Source of the DNA: a virus
Strand: one strand, 5' to 3'
DNA length: 31,107 nucleotides
Virus record (IMG/VR): IMGVR_UViG_3300028805_000028
Shown here piece by piece: positions 22,535-30,968 of this stretch; positions within the stretch are counted from its first letter, which is position 1, and every line of letters begins with the position of its first letter. The position numbers and the translations under genes are program-made. The notes under the pieces are model-generated. The model made no database searches, was not told where the DNA came from, and worked only from the letters and a program-made list of their open reading frames with translations.

Positions 22535-23365
22535 TCAGGATCCCGTCACGGTGACATTGCAGGTGTCCGTGTAGGTCGTGCCGCCGACCGTGATGCTTGC
22601 CGTGATCACGGATGTGCCGGCTGCCACGCCGGAGACCACGCCGTCCGCGCTGACGGTCGCCTTTGCGGTCGTGCCGGAGCTCCATGTGACGGTCGCGCCT
22701 GCCGGATAGATGCTGTCAACCGTCAGAGCGATCGTGCTGCCGACAGCGACGGATGCCGTGCTCTCCGCGATGCTGATATGCGGCGTTGCCGCGCTCGGCT
22801 CCGGAATCGCCGTGATCTTGGTCTTGGCGGGGATCTCCTTCTTTACGCACATACAGTCCATGCGCGGCCTGTGTGCCATGCTGTGCTGCGGGAACTGCGG
22901 ATTGAGGCCGTTGCCCTCAGATGTCGCGCCGCTCTGTGCGCTGCGCTGCAAGATGTGCGTGTTATAAAAGATTGTCGTTTTGCCGACGCCGTCCGTGGTG
23001 TCCTCGATGATGACCAGCGCAAAGCCCGGATACTCCTTGCCGTCCGCGTATTCCTCGACGCTGCCGTCCGCGTTGACGGTGCGGCCGTACCAGTCCGCCT
23101 CGACATCGTCGGTCACGCCGACAGTCGTCACGGTGTCGTTGTATCCCTGATTATCCTCTGCGGCGTAGACCTCGCGGCCGTCCGCCCAGATGCCGGTTGC
23201 CGTGCCGGCAGGCTGCGCGTCGTAGCTTCGGCCGCCCGCACGGTGATGCGGCAGCCACTTGACAGCGCCGTATGTCGGCTTGCCGTCATCATCGACCGCC
23301 GTGATCGGCGCATAGCCGAGATCGGTGATCGTGCGCACGATGCGCGCTTTCTCTGCTGTAGGCAT
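22535..23365 (-). CDS. Major tail protein with C-terminal Ig-like (Big_2-type) domain
   Basis: Position in the tail module. C-terminus VTWSSGTTAKATVSADGVVSGVAAGTSVITASITVGGTTYTDTCNVTVT. Confidence 0.85.
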   Translation of the reverse strand: MPTAEKARIVRTITDLGYAPITAVDDDGKPTYGAVKWLPHHRAGGRSYDAQPAGTATGIWADGREVYAAEDNQGYNDTVTTVGVTDDVEADWYGRTVNADGSVEEYADGKEYPGFALVIIEDTTDGVGKTTIFYNTHILQRSAQSGATSEGNGLNPQFPQHSMAHRPRMDCMCVKKEIPAKTKITAIPEPSAATPHISIAESTASVAVGSTIALTVDSIYPAGATVTWSSGTTAKATVSADGVVSGVAAGTSVITASITVGGTTYTDTCNVTVTGS

Positions 23366-23377
23366 TTCAATTCCTCC

Positions 23378-23695
23378 TTATTCCAGTTGGAAATAATAAA
23401 TCGTCGTGTGGATGCCCTGCTTTTCGTCGAAGTCAAGCTCCGGATCGCCGTAGGCAAGGCCGTTGTCTGTCAGCATCTGCTCGATCAGCGCCTCCGCTTC
23501 GGGATCCCGCGCCTGTGAGACGAGCCGCAGCACGATCCAGTCCTCGGAGTAGATGCAGCGGCCGTCTGCGTAGATGCAGTTTTTTTCGGTCGCCGCGTAT
23601 GCGATGTAGGGTGCCGCCTGTGCGCCTTTATAGTATCCATATACGGCTTCGATGCCGATCGTCCCGATCAGCGCGCCGAACTCTTCGAGCGTCAT
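23378..23695 (-). CDS. Neck / tail-completion protein candidate (105 aa)
   Basis: ATGA overlap with the gp10-like gene. Assignment rests on position only. Confidence 0.5.
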   Translation of the reverse strand: MTLEEFGALIGTIGIEAVYGYYKGAQAAPYIAYAATEKNCIYADGRCIYSEDWIVLRLVSQARDPEAEALIEQMLTDNGLAYGDPELDFDEKQGIHTTIYYFQLE

Positions 23696-24057
23696 CCTTT
23701 CACCGCCTTCTCGATCGCGGCCTCTGCCGCCTGCTGCGCCCATGCCTCGACGGGTGCGATGTGCGGCTGCGCCTTGACCCAGCCTTTCTTGCTGCGCGTC
23801 CGGTGACCTTTTTCGAGCAGATGTGTCAGGTTTGCATTTCTGCCGCTCTGATGCACTTTGACCGTGATCTCGCCGTACTGCTCGGTCTTGGTGACCTTCC
23901 ATCCGCGGGCATATTTGCCGGTGCGTTTCGGGGATGCGGCGGCGAGCTTCTTGCGTGCTTCTTCGGCGGTATTGGTCAGCGCCTGCTCGACGGCTTTCGC
24001 GACCTCTCCGCTGTACTGCTGCATCGCCTTTGTGATCTCGATTGAAATTTCAGGCAC
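23692..24057 (-). CDS. HK97 gp10-like head-tail joining protein (121 aa from GTG)
   Basis: SPKRTGKYARGWKV...LTHLLEKGH pattern. The GTG overlaps the upstream stop. Confidence 0.65.
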   Translation of the reverse strand: MPEISIEITKAMQQYSGEVAKAVEQALTNTAEEARKKLAAASPKRTGKYARGWKVTKTEQYGEITVKVHQSGRNANLTHLLEKGHRTRSKKGWVKAQPHIAPVEAWAQQAAEAAIEKAVKG

Positions 24058-24358
24058 GGATCTCACCGATCCTTTCGCCGAGATAAATCTCGATATAATC
24101 GCCGCTGCCGTGGGTGCGGTACACCTCATAGCGTTTTCCTGCGACCTCCGCGACGGATTCGCCGCGGAAGTCTGCGAAGAAAACGGAGAGGTGATAAGCC
24201 GGCGAGAGGGATTTCTGCGAGGCCGTGTCCCATTCCGCGGCATGGATATCAAGCACCTTTGCGTAGACGGTGCGCCGCGTCTCGGTCATGGTCTGCTGCC
24301 GGATGCTGTCGAGCCCCGGCGTCTGTGCGATCAGGTAAAGCGTCAGGATTCGCTTCAT
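24050..24358 (-). CDS. Head closure / head-tail adaptor protein
   Basis: Size, position and the ...YAKV......E........SH.F..R.. type pattern. Confidence 0.6.
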   Translation of the reverse strand: MKRILTLYLIAQTPGLDSIRQQTMTETRRTVYAKVLDIHAAEWDTASQKSLSPAYHLSVFFADFRGESVAEVAGKRYEVYRTHGSGDYIEIYLGERIGEIRA

Positions 24359-24657
24359 GTTCCCGCCTCCTCGTAGTCGCCGTAGGCGGAGGACATTGCG
24401 AGCTTTGCTTTATAGTCATCATAGCATTTTTTGAGCCGGTCGGCCTCGTCCGGATCATCCGACCACATCGCGCCGCAGTAGCACTTGATCGCGCCCTTGA
24501 CGAGCGCGTCAGGCGCGGCGACTGCGGCCGCGCTGATGTTGGCCGTTTTCGAGAGGTCGAGCTTTGCTTCCTCGATCAGATCACTGATCTGGCCGGTGAT
24601 GCCCGCGTCGTCTGTGCAGACGCGGAGCGCGACCTTGACATCATCGAGCAGTGCCAT
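24355..24657 (-). CDS. gp6-like head-tail connector protein
   Basis: MALLDDVKVALRVCTDDAGITGQISDLIEEAKLDL is the typical N-terminus of this family. First gene after the capsid gene. Confidence 0.7.
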   Translation of the reverse strand: MALLDDVKVALRVCTDDAGITGQISDLIEEAKLDLSKTANISAAAVAAPDALVKGAIKCYCGAMWSDDPDEADRLKKCYDDYKAKLAMSSAYGDYEEAGT

Positions 24658-24681
24658 GTGCTCGGCCTCCTTTCATGTGGT

Positions 24682-26079
24682 TTATGCGGATGTGACAGTG
24701 ACGGTGCAGGTGTCGGTGTAGGTCGTGCCGCCGACGGTGACGCTTGCCGTGATTACGGTCGATCCGGCTGCGACGCCGGTGACGGTGCCGGTCGCGTCAA
24801 CTGTACCCTTTGCGGCCGTGCCGGATGTCCATGTGATCGTTGTACCCGCCGGATTCAGAGCGAGCACCGGGATCTGCACCTTTTCTCCGGCCTTGACGGT
24901 TGCGGTGGAAGCAATAGCGACCACCGGGTCACCGGTAAAGGACGCTTTGACAAAGGCCAGCGGATTTTCAAGGCCTGCGTCAAAGAGGCTGTAGCCGCCG
25001 ATCGTGGTCACGAAGGTCGTTGCGGAAGTGTCACGCGCGATGAACAGCGCCTCGAAGTCGTTCGCGAGGATCGAGCGCGGCACACCGACATAGACAGTGT
25101 TGTCCGGGATGTTCTCGTCCGTCTTGACGATGCCGCCGTAGATACGGCCGGCGACGAGCGGATCATCCTCAGTCGTGGAGTTGATGAACAGCGGGCGGCC
25201 GGTGCCGTCCTTGATGCCTGCAAGGCCGTTGTAGATGGTCGCGGTGTTTGCATACCACACCTTTGTGCCGACCTCCTTGATCTTCGCGAGGATTTCGCGA
25301 ACGGCAGCGTCGGTGTAGGTTCGGGCGATCTTGTTTCCGGCGTCGATGCCGTATGTGGTGTTGTCGAGCTGCGCGATCACGCGGCCTTCCTTCGCGACTG
25401 CGATGCGGGCGCTGATGTGCTGGACGAGCCAGTCTTCAAAGGCATCGACGGACTGCCACTGCATCTGGCGGGTGATGTTGATGTGCTTCTTGATCTCCAC
25501 ACCGGTGATCGGCAGGAGATCAAACTCGTCCTGCTCGTCATCATTCGCAACGCCCTCCGCGGTCACGGCAGCGTCGCCCTGCGTAATTGCCTTGTGGCGC
25601 GGAACTCCGAAGCCCTGCGTCATGCCGGACTTGCTCGCATCGTCGTACATCGGGCTCATGCTCTGGACGAGCTCGACGATGCGGTTCAGCGTGACGGTCG
25701 GAACGACCGACGCAGTGTTCTGCGTCGTAAAAGTAAACGCTGCGCGCTCTTCTGCGGTCAGATCACCGAGCAGGCGCTGTTCGGTGCCGTCCTGCTGCTT
25801 GAAAACAGCCATATTTTTCAGCCATGCGCGGCGGTACTCCTCGGAGTCTGCGCCCTTGCCGGCCTTCTTTTCGATGACGGGTGCGGCAGCGGTGCCAACT
25901 GCGCCGGATGCGACGCGGCTGCGGACAGCTGCGCGGGTCTCCTCGGCTGCGCGGAGTGCGTCGCGCTCTGCGACCAGTCCGTCAACCTCGTGGCTCAGGG
26001 TCTCAACCTCTTCGGCAGAGGCGTCCTCGATCAGCTTCGCGATCTCCGCGAGGCGCGCTTCGATCTGTTCGATAGTCAT
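24682..26079 (-). CDS. HK97-family major capsid protein with N-terminal delta/scaffold region and C-terminal Ig-like (Big_2-type) domain
   Basis: Coiled-coil N-terminus, capsid core, then TWTSGTAAKGTVDATGTVTGVAAGSTVITASVTVGGTTYTDTCTVTVT. GGAGG 8 nt before ATG 26079. Confidence 0.9.
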   Translation of the reverse strand: MTIEQIEARLAEIAKLIEDASAEEVETLSHEVDGLVAERDALRAAEETRAAVRSRVASGAVGTAAAPVIEKKAGKGADSEEYRRAWLKNMAVFKQQDGTEQRLLGDLTAEERAAFTFTTQNTASVVPTVTLNRIVELVQSMSPMYDDASKSGMTQGFGVPRHKAITQGDAAVTAEGVANDDEQDEFDLLPITGVEIKKHINITRQMQWQSVDAFEDWLVQHISARIAVAKEGRVIAQLDNTTYGIDAGNKIARTYTDAAVREILAKIKEVGTKVWYANTATIYNGLAGIKDGTGRPLFINSTTEDDPLVAGRIYGGIVKTDENIPDNTVYVGVPRSILANDFEALFIARDTSATTFVTTIGGYSLFDAGLENPLAFVKASFTGDPVVAIASTATVKAGEKVQIPVLALNPAGTTITWTSGTAAKGTVDATGTVTGVAAGSTVITASVTVGGTTYTDTCTVTVTSA

Positions 26080-26080
26080 T

Positions 26081-26695
26081 TTACATACCTCCTGCAAGTT
26101 TGATTTTGAGTGCCAGCTTCCGCCGGCTTGCTTCCAGCGCGCTCAGTCTCTCCGCTTCTAACTCTGCGATCACTCCGTCGCACCAGCTCCGCGCGCTGAT
26201 TGATGTGGATTCGTTCGCCGGCATGGACACCGCAGAAACGTCGTACAGCTTCCGGATGCCCTTGATGCGGCGCGTGACGATCGTCTTCCCGTCGATCATC
26301 TCGACGATCCGATCCTGATCACTGACTGTAAATGCAAAGCTCATTTTGTCGGTGTAGCCGCCCTTGACTTCTTCATAGAGCTGCCGCCCGATCTCCGTGC
26401 CGCCGAGTGCTGCGGCCACTTTCAGGCCGATCGTGTCCACCGACAGCGTGAGCGTGTTGTTCCTGTTCCGGGCAAATACGCGCCCCGCGTGGTCATACTG
26501 CATGATAACGTCCGACATATCGCACTTATCAAACGCGTGCGGGTCGATCATTTCTCTGATCTCATAACTCGGATCAGAATACAGCGTGTATGGCTGATTG
26601 AAGGTTGTCGCGTATCCCTCGACGGTGCAGGTGTCGGCATCATCCAGCGCGCGGAACTCCGCACAGCGCCGGAACTCGCGCTCATACTTGCTCAT
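26081..26695 (-). CDS. HK97-family prohead protease
   Basis: VEGYATTFNQPY...MQYDHAG...KMSFAF pattern. Positioned between portal and capsid. Confidence 0.88.
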   Translation of the reverse strand: MSKYEREFRRCAEFRALDDADTCTVEGYATTFNQPYTLYSDPSYEIREMIDPHAFDKCDMSDVIMQYDHAGRVFARNRNNTLTLSVDTIGLKVAAALGGTEIGRQLYEEVKGGYTDKMSFAFTVSDQDRIVEMIDGKTIVTRRIKGIRKLYDVSAVSMPANESTSISARSWCDGVIAELEAERLSALEASRRKLALKIKLAGGM

Positions 26696-27875
26696 CGTCT
26701 GCCTCCTTGTCTGCCGGTCTTGTGTCGCCGGCGTTGTAGTACTCGCCGCGGACGGGCGCAGTCTGCCCGATGCCGTCCGGCAGCGGCGGGAGATTAAACA
26801 GCTCGCGGATCTCGTCCCGCATTATCATGCCGCGGTCGCCGAGCTCGCGCGCCATGTCGATGCGCTGTGACAGCGATGCGTACTGCAAGCGGTTTGCGGT
26901 CACGTCAATCCGGTTCCCGTTGGTCTGCTCCCGCGCGGAAAACGTCATGTCTGTCAGCGCCTCGGACAGCTGGATCTCAAAGGGCTCGACGCAGCAATTG
27001 AAAAAGCCGTCGAGCTCGTCAGCGGTCGCCAGTGATCGCAGCAGCTTGTCATTTACGCCGAAATAGCTGTAAACATTGCCGTTTATCAGATCAAGCTCGC
27101 CCTGATCCACACTGTAGGCCGAGGACTTGATCTGCTGCACGTCTGCGTAAGTGGACGGGAAGAGGATCACGCCGCCCGTGCCGCTCATGCTGGTCTTGGA
27201 AAAGCGCTCCTGCTCCTTCTTGAGATCCTCGGCTTTCGTAAAGTTGCTGACCTTTGCCATAAATCGGAAGGTCGCGGACTGCTTCACGGCTTCGCTGATG
27301 TTCTGCTCGTTCATCGCGATCAAATCCATCGTCGAGTTGAGCGCTTTGTTATCCTCGCCGAAAAAGTCGCTCAGATATTGGTACTTGTTTAGGATGCCGC
27401 AGCGCCGGAGCTCCATCGCCGCGACCTGCCCGCTGCGAAACTGATAGCGCAGATACGGTTCGCCGTCCACGCTGACGATCTCGGTGACGGACGGCAGCAC
27501 CGGATAAAAGCCGGTGACGCGCCCGAAGTCGTCGAGCACCGGCACGATGATGCAGTTGTTCTGCACATCGAGGATCGTGCTGACGCGGTACAGAAAGTGA
27601 TACCATGTCTGCCACTCGCTCGGCTTGTGCCGGATCAGCGCCCGCAGCCTTTCATTCGCCGAGCCACGCTGCTCAACTTTTAGTTTTGCATTCTGCCGGG
27701 CGCGGAAGTCGATCGCGGAGCGGACGAGCAGGATCTCATAAACCTGACCGGCGGCGGAGTAGAACTGCGGCTGGTAGGCGGTGAAGGTCTGCCAGAAGCT
27801 GTCCGCCTGCACGGGTGTCCCGCGGTCGCGCGGCCTGAAAATCTTATCAAACAGCCCCAAGTTATCACCCCGCAT
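26682..27875 (-). CDS. Portal protein
   Basis: Size, position after terL, and HK97-type portal pattern. Confidence 0.9.
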   Translation of the reverse strand: MRGDNLGLFDKIFRPRDRGTPVQADSFWQTFTAYQPQFYSAAGQVYEILLVRSAIDFRARQNAKLKVEQRGSANERLRALIRHKPSEWQTWYHFLYRVSTILDVQNNCIIVPVLDDFGRVTGFYPVLPSVTEIVSVDGEPYLRYQFRSGQVAAMELRRCGILNKYQYLSDFFGEDNKALNSTMDLIAMNEQNISEAVKQSATFRFMAKVSNFTKAEDLKKEQERFSKTSMSGTGGVILFPSTYADVQQIKSSAYSVDQGELDLINGNVYSYFGVNDKLLRSLATADELDGFFNCCVEPFEIQLSEALTDMTFSAREQTNGNRIDVTANRLQYASLSQRIDMARELGDRGMIMRDEIRELFNLPPLPDGIGQTAPVRGEYYNAGDTRPADKEADDEQV

Positions 27876-29520
27876 TCTTCAGCTGTTCGCCGATCGTGTC
27901 ATAATATTTTTCACGGACGATCAGCGCACAGAGGATCGCTGCCGTCCCGTCGATGTGGCTCCGCTTATCCATTTTGACGATCTTGCTCCGGCGGCTCTCT
28001 CCCTCGGATTTGAGCGCCGTGTCGAGCAGATGCATTTTCAGGAGGTCATTGTCGCCGATGTCGATCACGCCGTCACCGAGCAGCCCCTCCAGCTGCTGGA
28101 TAGCCGGGTGCATATTGTACCCCTGAAACACATCGTCACAATGAAAGCCGTATGCCTCCATATCCTTGATGAGATACTGCGAGCTGTACCGGTCGTAGCC
28201 GGTCCAGAGCGGGAGTATCTCGTATTTATCCACGAGCTCCGCAGCCCATGCAAACACGTCGTGATAATCCACGAAGTGTTCGCCGGAGGTGCGCAGGATC
28301 CCGCGGCTGATATACTGCCGGTACGGGACGCCGTCCCGCTGCTCCGCCTCGTCCACCTTCGCCGCCGGCATCCAGAACTGCACGAGCGTGTATAGCTTGC
28401 CGTTCTTTTCGATCAGCAGCGCCGCAGCGGTGAGGTCTGTCGTCTGCGAGAGGTCGATGCCGAGCACCGCGTACGAGCTGCGAAACTGTTCGAGCGAGAG
28501 CGGCGCGGAGATCGCGCCCGTCACATACTCAGTTTTCAGCCACGCCTGCACCGCGTTCTGCTTCACGTTGCAGTACTTCGTCAGGAACTCGGCCTTTTTG
28601 CTCGGCGACTCGTAGGCCGTCCGTATCTCGGAAAGAACGAAATCCACGGACACGGAAACGCCGAGACCGGGCAAAGACTTCCGCAGTTCGTTGATATCGT
28701 CCCACTTGTCGAGGTCGTCTATCATGTAGATGAACGGCAGCAGATGCGTCTCGCGGGAGTTGCCGAGCAGGAACTTCGTGCCGCGCTTGAACAGCTCGTC
28801 ATAGATACCGTCGTTGACATACCCGGCGGAACTGATGCTCAGCGTGATCGGCTGCTCTCTGGCGCCTGTGCCTGATACCATGACTTCATACTGTTTCAGG
28901 CCGCGCGCCGCAGGCCATGAGGACATTTCGTCGCCGACTGTGAGCTGCGGATTGTAGCCGTCCGCCTTTTTTTCGTTAAAAGCGATTTTTTTGATTGTCG
29001 TGTTCGATTGCCGGATGTAGAGGTCGTTTTTGCGCTTCTTCGTCATCCGCGCAAAGGTCGGCGTGTGATCTTTGGTAAAGTCAAACGCCGAGTACACGAG
29101 ATCGGACTGGTCGAGCTTCGGCGCGACGCAGTAGATCTCACTGCCGAACTCGCCGTCCACGTATGCTTCGTAGGACATCACGCCGGAGGCGAGCAGCGTC
29201 TTTCCGCACTTCCGGCCGACGACGATGAAGACCTCGCGGAACACTCTGATGCCGTTTTCATCGACGATCCCGAAGATCACCGAGAGCATCGCCTTCTGCC
29301 AGAGCGACAGCGTGATGACCGCCGGCGCGAGCTTGCCCTTGTTGTGGCGAACAAACTTCTCGAAAAATCGGATCACGTTGTTTGCCTTGCGCTGATCAAA
29401 GATGTACTCGCCGGACTCGATGCCCTGCACGATGCGCTCATACAGCATCCGGATCCACTTGCCGACGATCTCCGAGCCGTCGCAGATCCGCTGATAGTAA
29501 GCTAAGATATAGTTATCCAT
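27865..29520 (-). CDS. terL: Terminase large subunit
   Basis: Walker A VVGRKCGKTLLAS. The length and the nuclease-half patterns fit. No clear SD before the ATG. Confidence 0.93.
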   Translation of the reverse strand: MDNYILAYYQRICDGSEIVGKWIRMLYERIVQGIESGEYIFDQRKANNVIRFFEKFVRHNKGKLAPAVITLSLWQKAMLSVIFGIVDENGIRVFREVFIVVGRKCGKTLLASGVMSYEAYVDGEFGSEIYCVAPKLDQSDLVYSAFDFTKDHTPTFARMTKKRKNDLYIRQSNTTIKKIAFNEKKADGYNPQLTVGDEMSSWPAARGLKQYEVMVSGTGAREQPITLSISSAGYVNDGIYDELFKRGTKFLLGNSRETHLLPFIYMIDDLDKWDDINELRKSLPGLGVSVSVDFVLSEIRTAYESPSKKAEFLTKYCNVKQNAVQAWLKTEYVTGAISAPLSLEQFRSSYAVLGIDLSQTTDLTAAALLIEKNGKLYTLVQFWMPAAKVDEAEQRDGVPYRQYISRGILRTSGEHFVDYHDVFAWAAELVDKYEILPLWTGYDRYSSQYLIKDMEAYGFHCDDVFQGYNMHPAIQQLEGLLGDGVIDIGDNDLLKMHLLDTALKSEGESRRSKIVKMDKRSHIDGTAAILCALIVREKYYDTIGEQLKNAG

Positions 29521-29565
29521 AGGATTTGTTAAGCTAACACACTGCCGGATTTGCTAAGTTTAGCT

Positions 29566-29652
29566 TTAGCAAGTTGTCAGCAAGTTGAAAAAGCGCGATT
29601 CTGCGCTGTTTCCGTAAAACTTAAATCGCCCTGGAAGATCCGCAGCAAGTTA
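29566..29652 (-). repeat. AACTTGCT(G/A) motif x3 (two tandem copies at 11-bp period plus one upstream)
   Basis: Plus-strand agcaagtt at 29568..29576, 29579..29587 and 29644..29652. Inverted repeat ttgctaa/ttagcaa at 29550..29572. Confidence 0.7.
29588..29607 (-). terminator. Weak hairpin plus T-tract upstream of terL
   Basis: Minus strand AGCGC-agaatc-GCGCT-TTTT. The stem is only 5 bp. Confidence 0.3.
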
Positions 29653-29874
29653 TACGGCAGGTTCTGCGAGCCAGCCGGCTATGCAGGCGCGGCAGTCTCC
29701 GTGATAGTGATAGCACCGGAGCGTGACGAGATTCTGACCGAGCGCATCCATGACACACGGATTCGGCTGCGCGTGCTGCCGGGCGTATTCGAGCCGCTCC
29801 TGCATTTCGAGCAGCAGGTCATAGGCTGCCGTGTTCAGCAGCTTTTCGCGGTTCGTCTCCGTGCCGCCCGTCAT
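29650..29874 (-). CDS. Hypothetical Cys/His-rich protein (74 aa)
   Basis: C-terminus CYHYHGDCRACIAGW. ATGA overlap with the upstream gene. Confidence 0.5.
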   Translation of the reverse strand: MTGGTETNREKLLNTAAYDLLLEMQERLEYARQHAQPNPCVMDALGQNLVTLRCYHYHGDCRACIAGWLAEPAV

Positions 29875-30503
29875 ACCGGTTTCAGCTCGACGCAGAACAC
29901 GGAATCAAAGTTATAGATGCCGACCCACGCGCCGTTGAGCTTAACGATGACGGCCTTGCCGTCGTATGCGTAGTCATCCCACTGCTCCGGCCGATAGGTG
30001 ATCGACTCGCCGGAAGTAAAGGTGATCTCCAGTTTAATCTGATCGCTCATGTTATGCGCCTCCCTCTGACTGACATTCCTCCCGACATCCGCGCCGAAAT
30101 CATTCATCTTCTCGCCGCAGTAAGGGCAGAAATCGGTTACCGCGTGAACGATGCCGCCACACTCGCTGCATTTCCATCGCGATCGCAGCCCGTTCGGTTC
30201 GATTTTTATCCACCACCCGTGCCGCACGGTGTCGTATTTGATTGTTGGCACGGCCGGCATTTCTGCGGGTGCAGTTGTTGATTCATCATCACGGACGATA
30301 TCATCGGAAGCATTCCGGCACAGTGCGATAAAGTCCGCCTTGATCTGATCCCGGAACTGCTCGCACACCGCGGGGATCTCGTGACTGAAGACCGGCCGGC
30401 AGATGATCTCCGACAGATAGCGATAAAGATATTTCAGGTCATCGCCGAGGAGCATTGAGATCTCTGTGTATGCCGTGACGATCGCACACTCCTGCTTTGT
30501 CAT
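29871..30503 (-). CDS. Multi-module phage protein with central zinc ribbon (210 aa)
   Basis: N-terminus MTKQECAIVTAYTEISMLLGDD..., zinc ribbon RHGWWIKIEPNG..CSECGG...FCPYCGEKM, then a C-terminal 59-aa module. Confidence 0.7.
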   Translation of the reverse strand: MTKQECAIVTAYTEISMLLGDDLKYLYRYLSEIICRPVFSHEIPAVCEQFRDQIKADFIALCRNASDDIVRDDESTTAPAEMPAVPTIKYDTVRHGWWIKIEPNGLRSRWKCSECGGIVHAVTDFCPYCGEKMNDFGADVGRNVSQREAHNMSDQIKLEITFTSGESITYRPEQWDDYAYDGKAVIVKLNGAWVGIYNFDSVFCVELKPV

Positions 30504-30551
30504 CGTTTCGGTCCCTCCGTTCGATGCTCCCGCTCATCGTCTGCCCCGGCA

Positions 30552-30878
30552 TCACCGGAACTCCGCGAGCGGGTCGTCTTCCTCCGCCGGCGGGCAGAGA
30601 TCCGTCAGCTGCTTGATGATCGCCTGATAGCTTTTGTTCGTCGCGGTATATGTCCTTGACGCCGGACGCTCCCGCTCGTATGGCTCCGCCTTGTCGGACT
30701 GCGAGAACATTTCTGTCTCGCCGTTCTCTTGGATATCGCGCCAGAGATAGTCGAGCCGGACGCGGAGCCTTGCCGCCTCGACGATCAGCCCGTCAACGAC
30801 TTTCAGCTGATTCGGCTCCATGCCCTTGTAGACCCGTTTCAGCCGCCTGATCTCTGATGCCTCTGTTATCTTCGCCAA
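30552..30878 (-). CDS. terS: Terminase small subunit, P27-family-like
   Basis: TTG start after GGAGGGAGG. The sequence ...LKVVDGLIVEAARLRVRLDYLWRDIQENGE...NKSYQAIIKQL fits my memory of the P27 terS pattern. It follows HNH. Confidence 0.75.
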   Translation of the reverse strand: MAKITEASEIRRLKRVYKGMEPNQLKVVDGLIVEAARLRVRLDYLWRDIQENGETEMFSQSDKAEPYERERPASRTYTATNKSYQAIIKQLTDLCPPAEEDDPLAEFR

Positions 30879-30968
30879 AGTCTCCGCCTCCCTCCACTAT
30901 CTCCGGCAAACTCCGCAGGGGGAGGGGGGTCTGCACCCCTCAGAGAGGAAAATTGAACCCCGCCCCCG

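Noticed and set aside
22538-24852. Ig-domain repeat pair as a diversity-generating retroelement (TR/VR)
   Set aside because: There is no reverse transcriptase gene anywhere in the genome. Both copies are protein-coding C-termini, and the mismatches are not confined to adenine positions.
30951-30963. 13-mer gcggggttcaatt (minus strand) shared with the attP core (11963..11975)
   Set aside because: A single 13-nt match between two sites in a 31-kb genome is within chance expectation for all-against-all comparison. The flanks diverge and the second site cannot form a T-arm stem.
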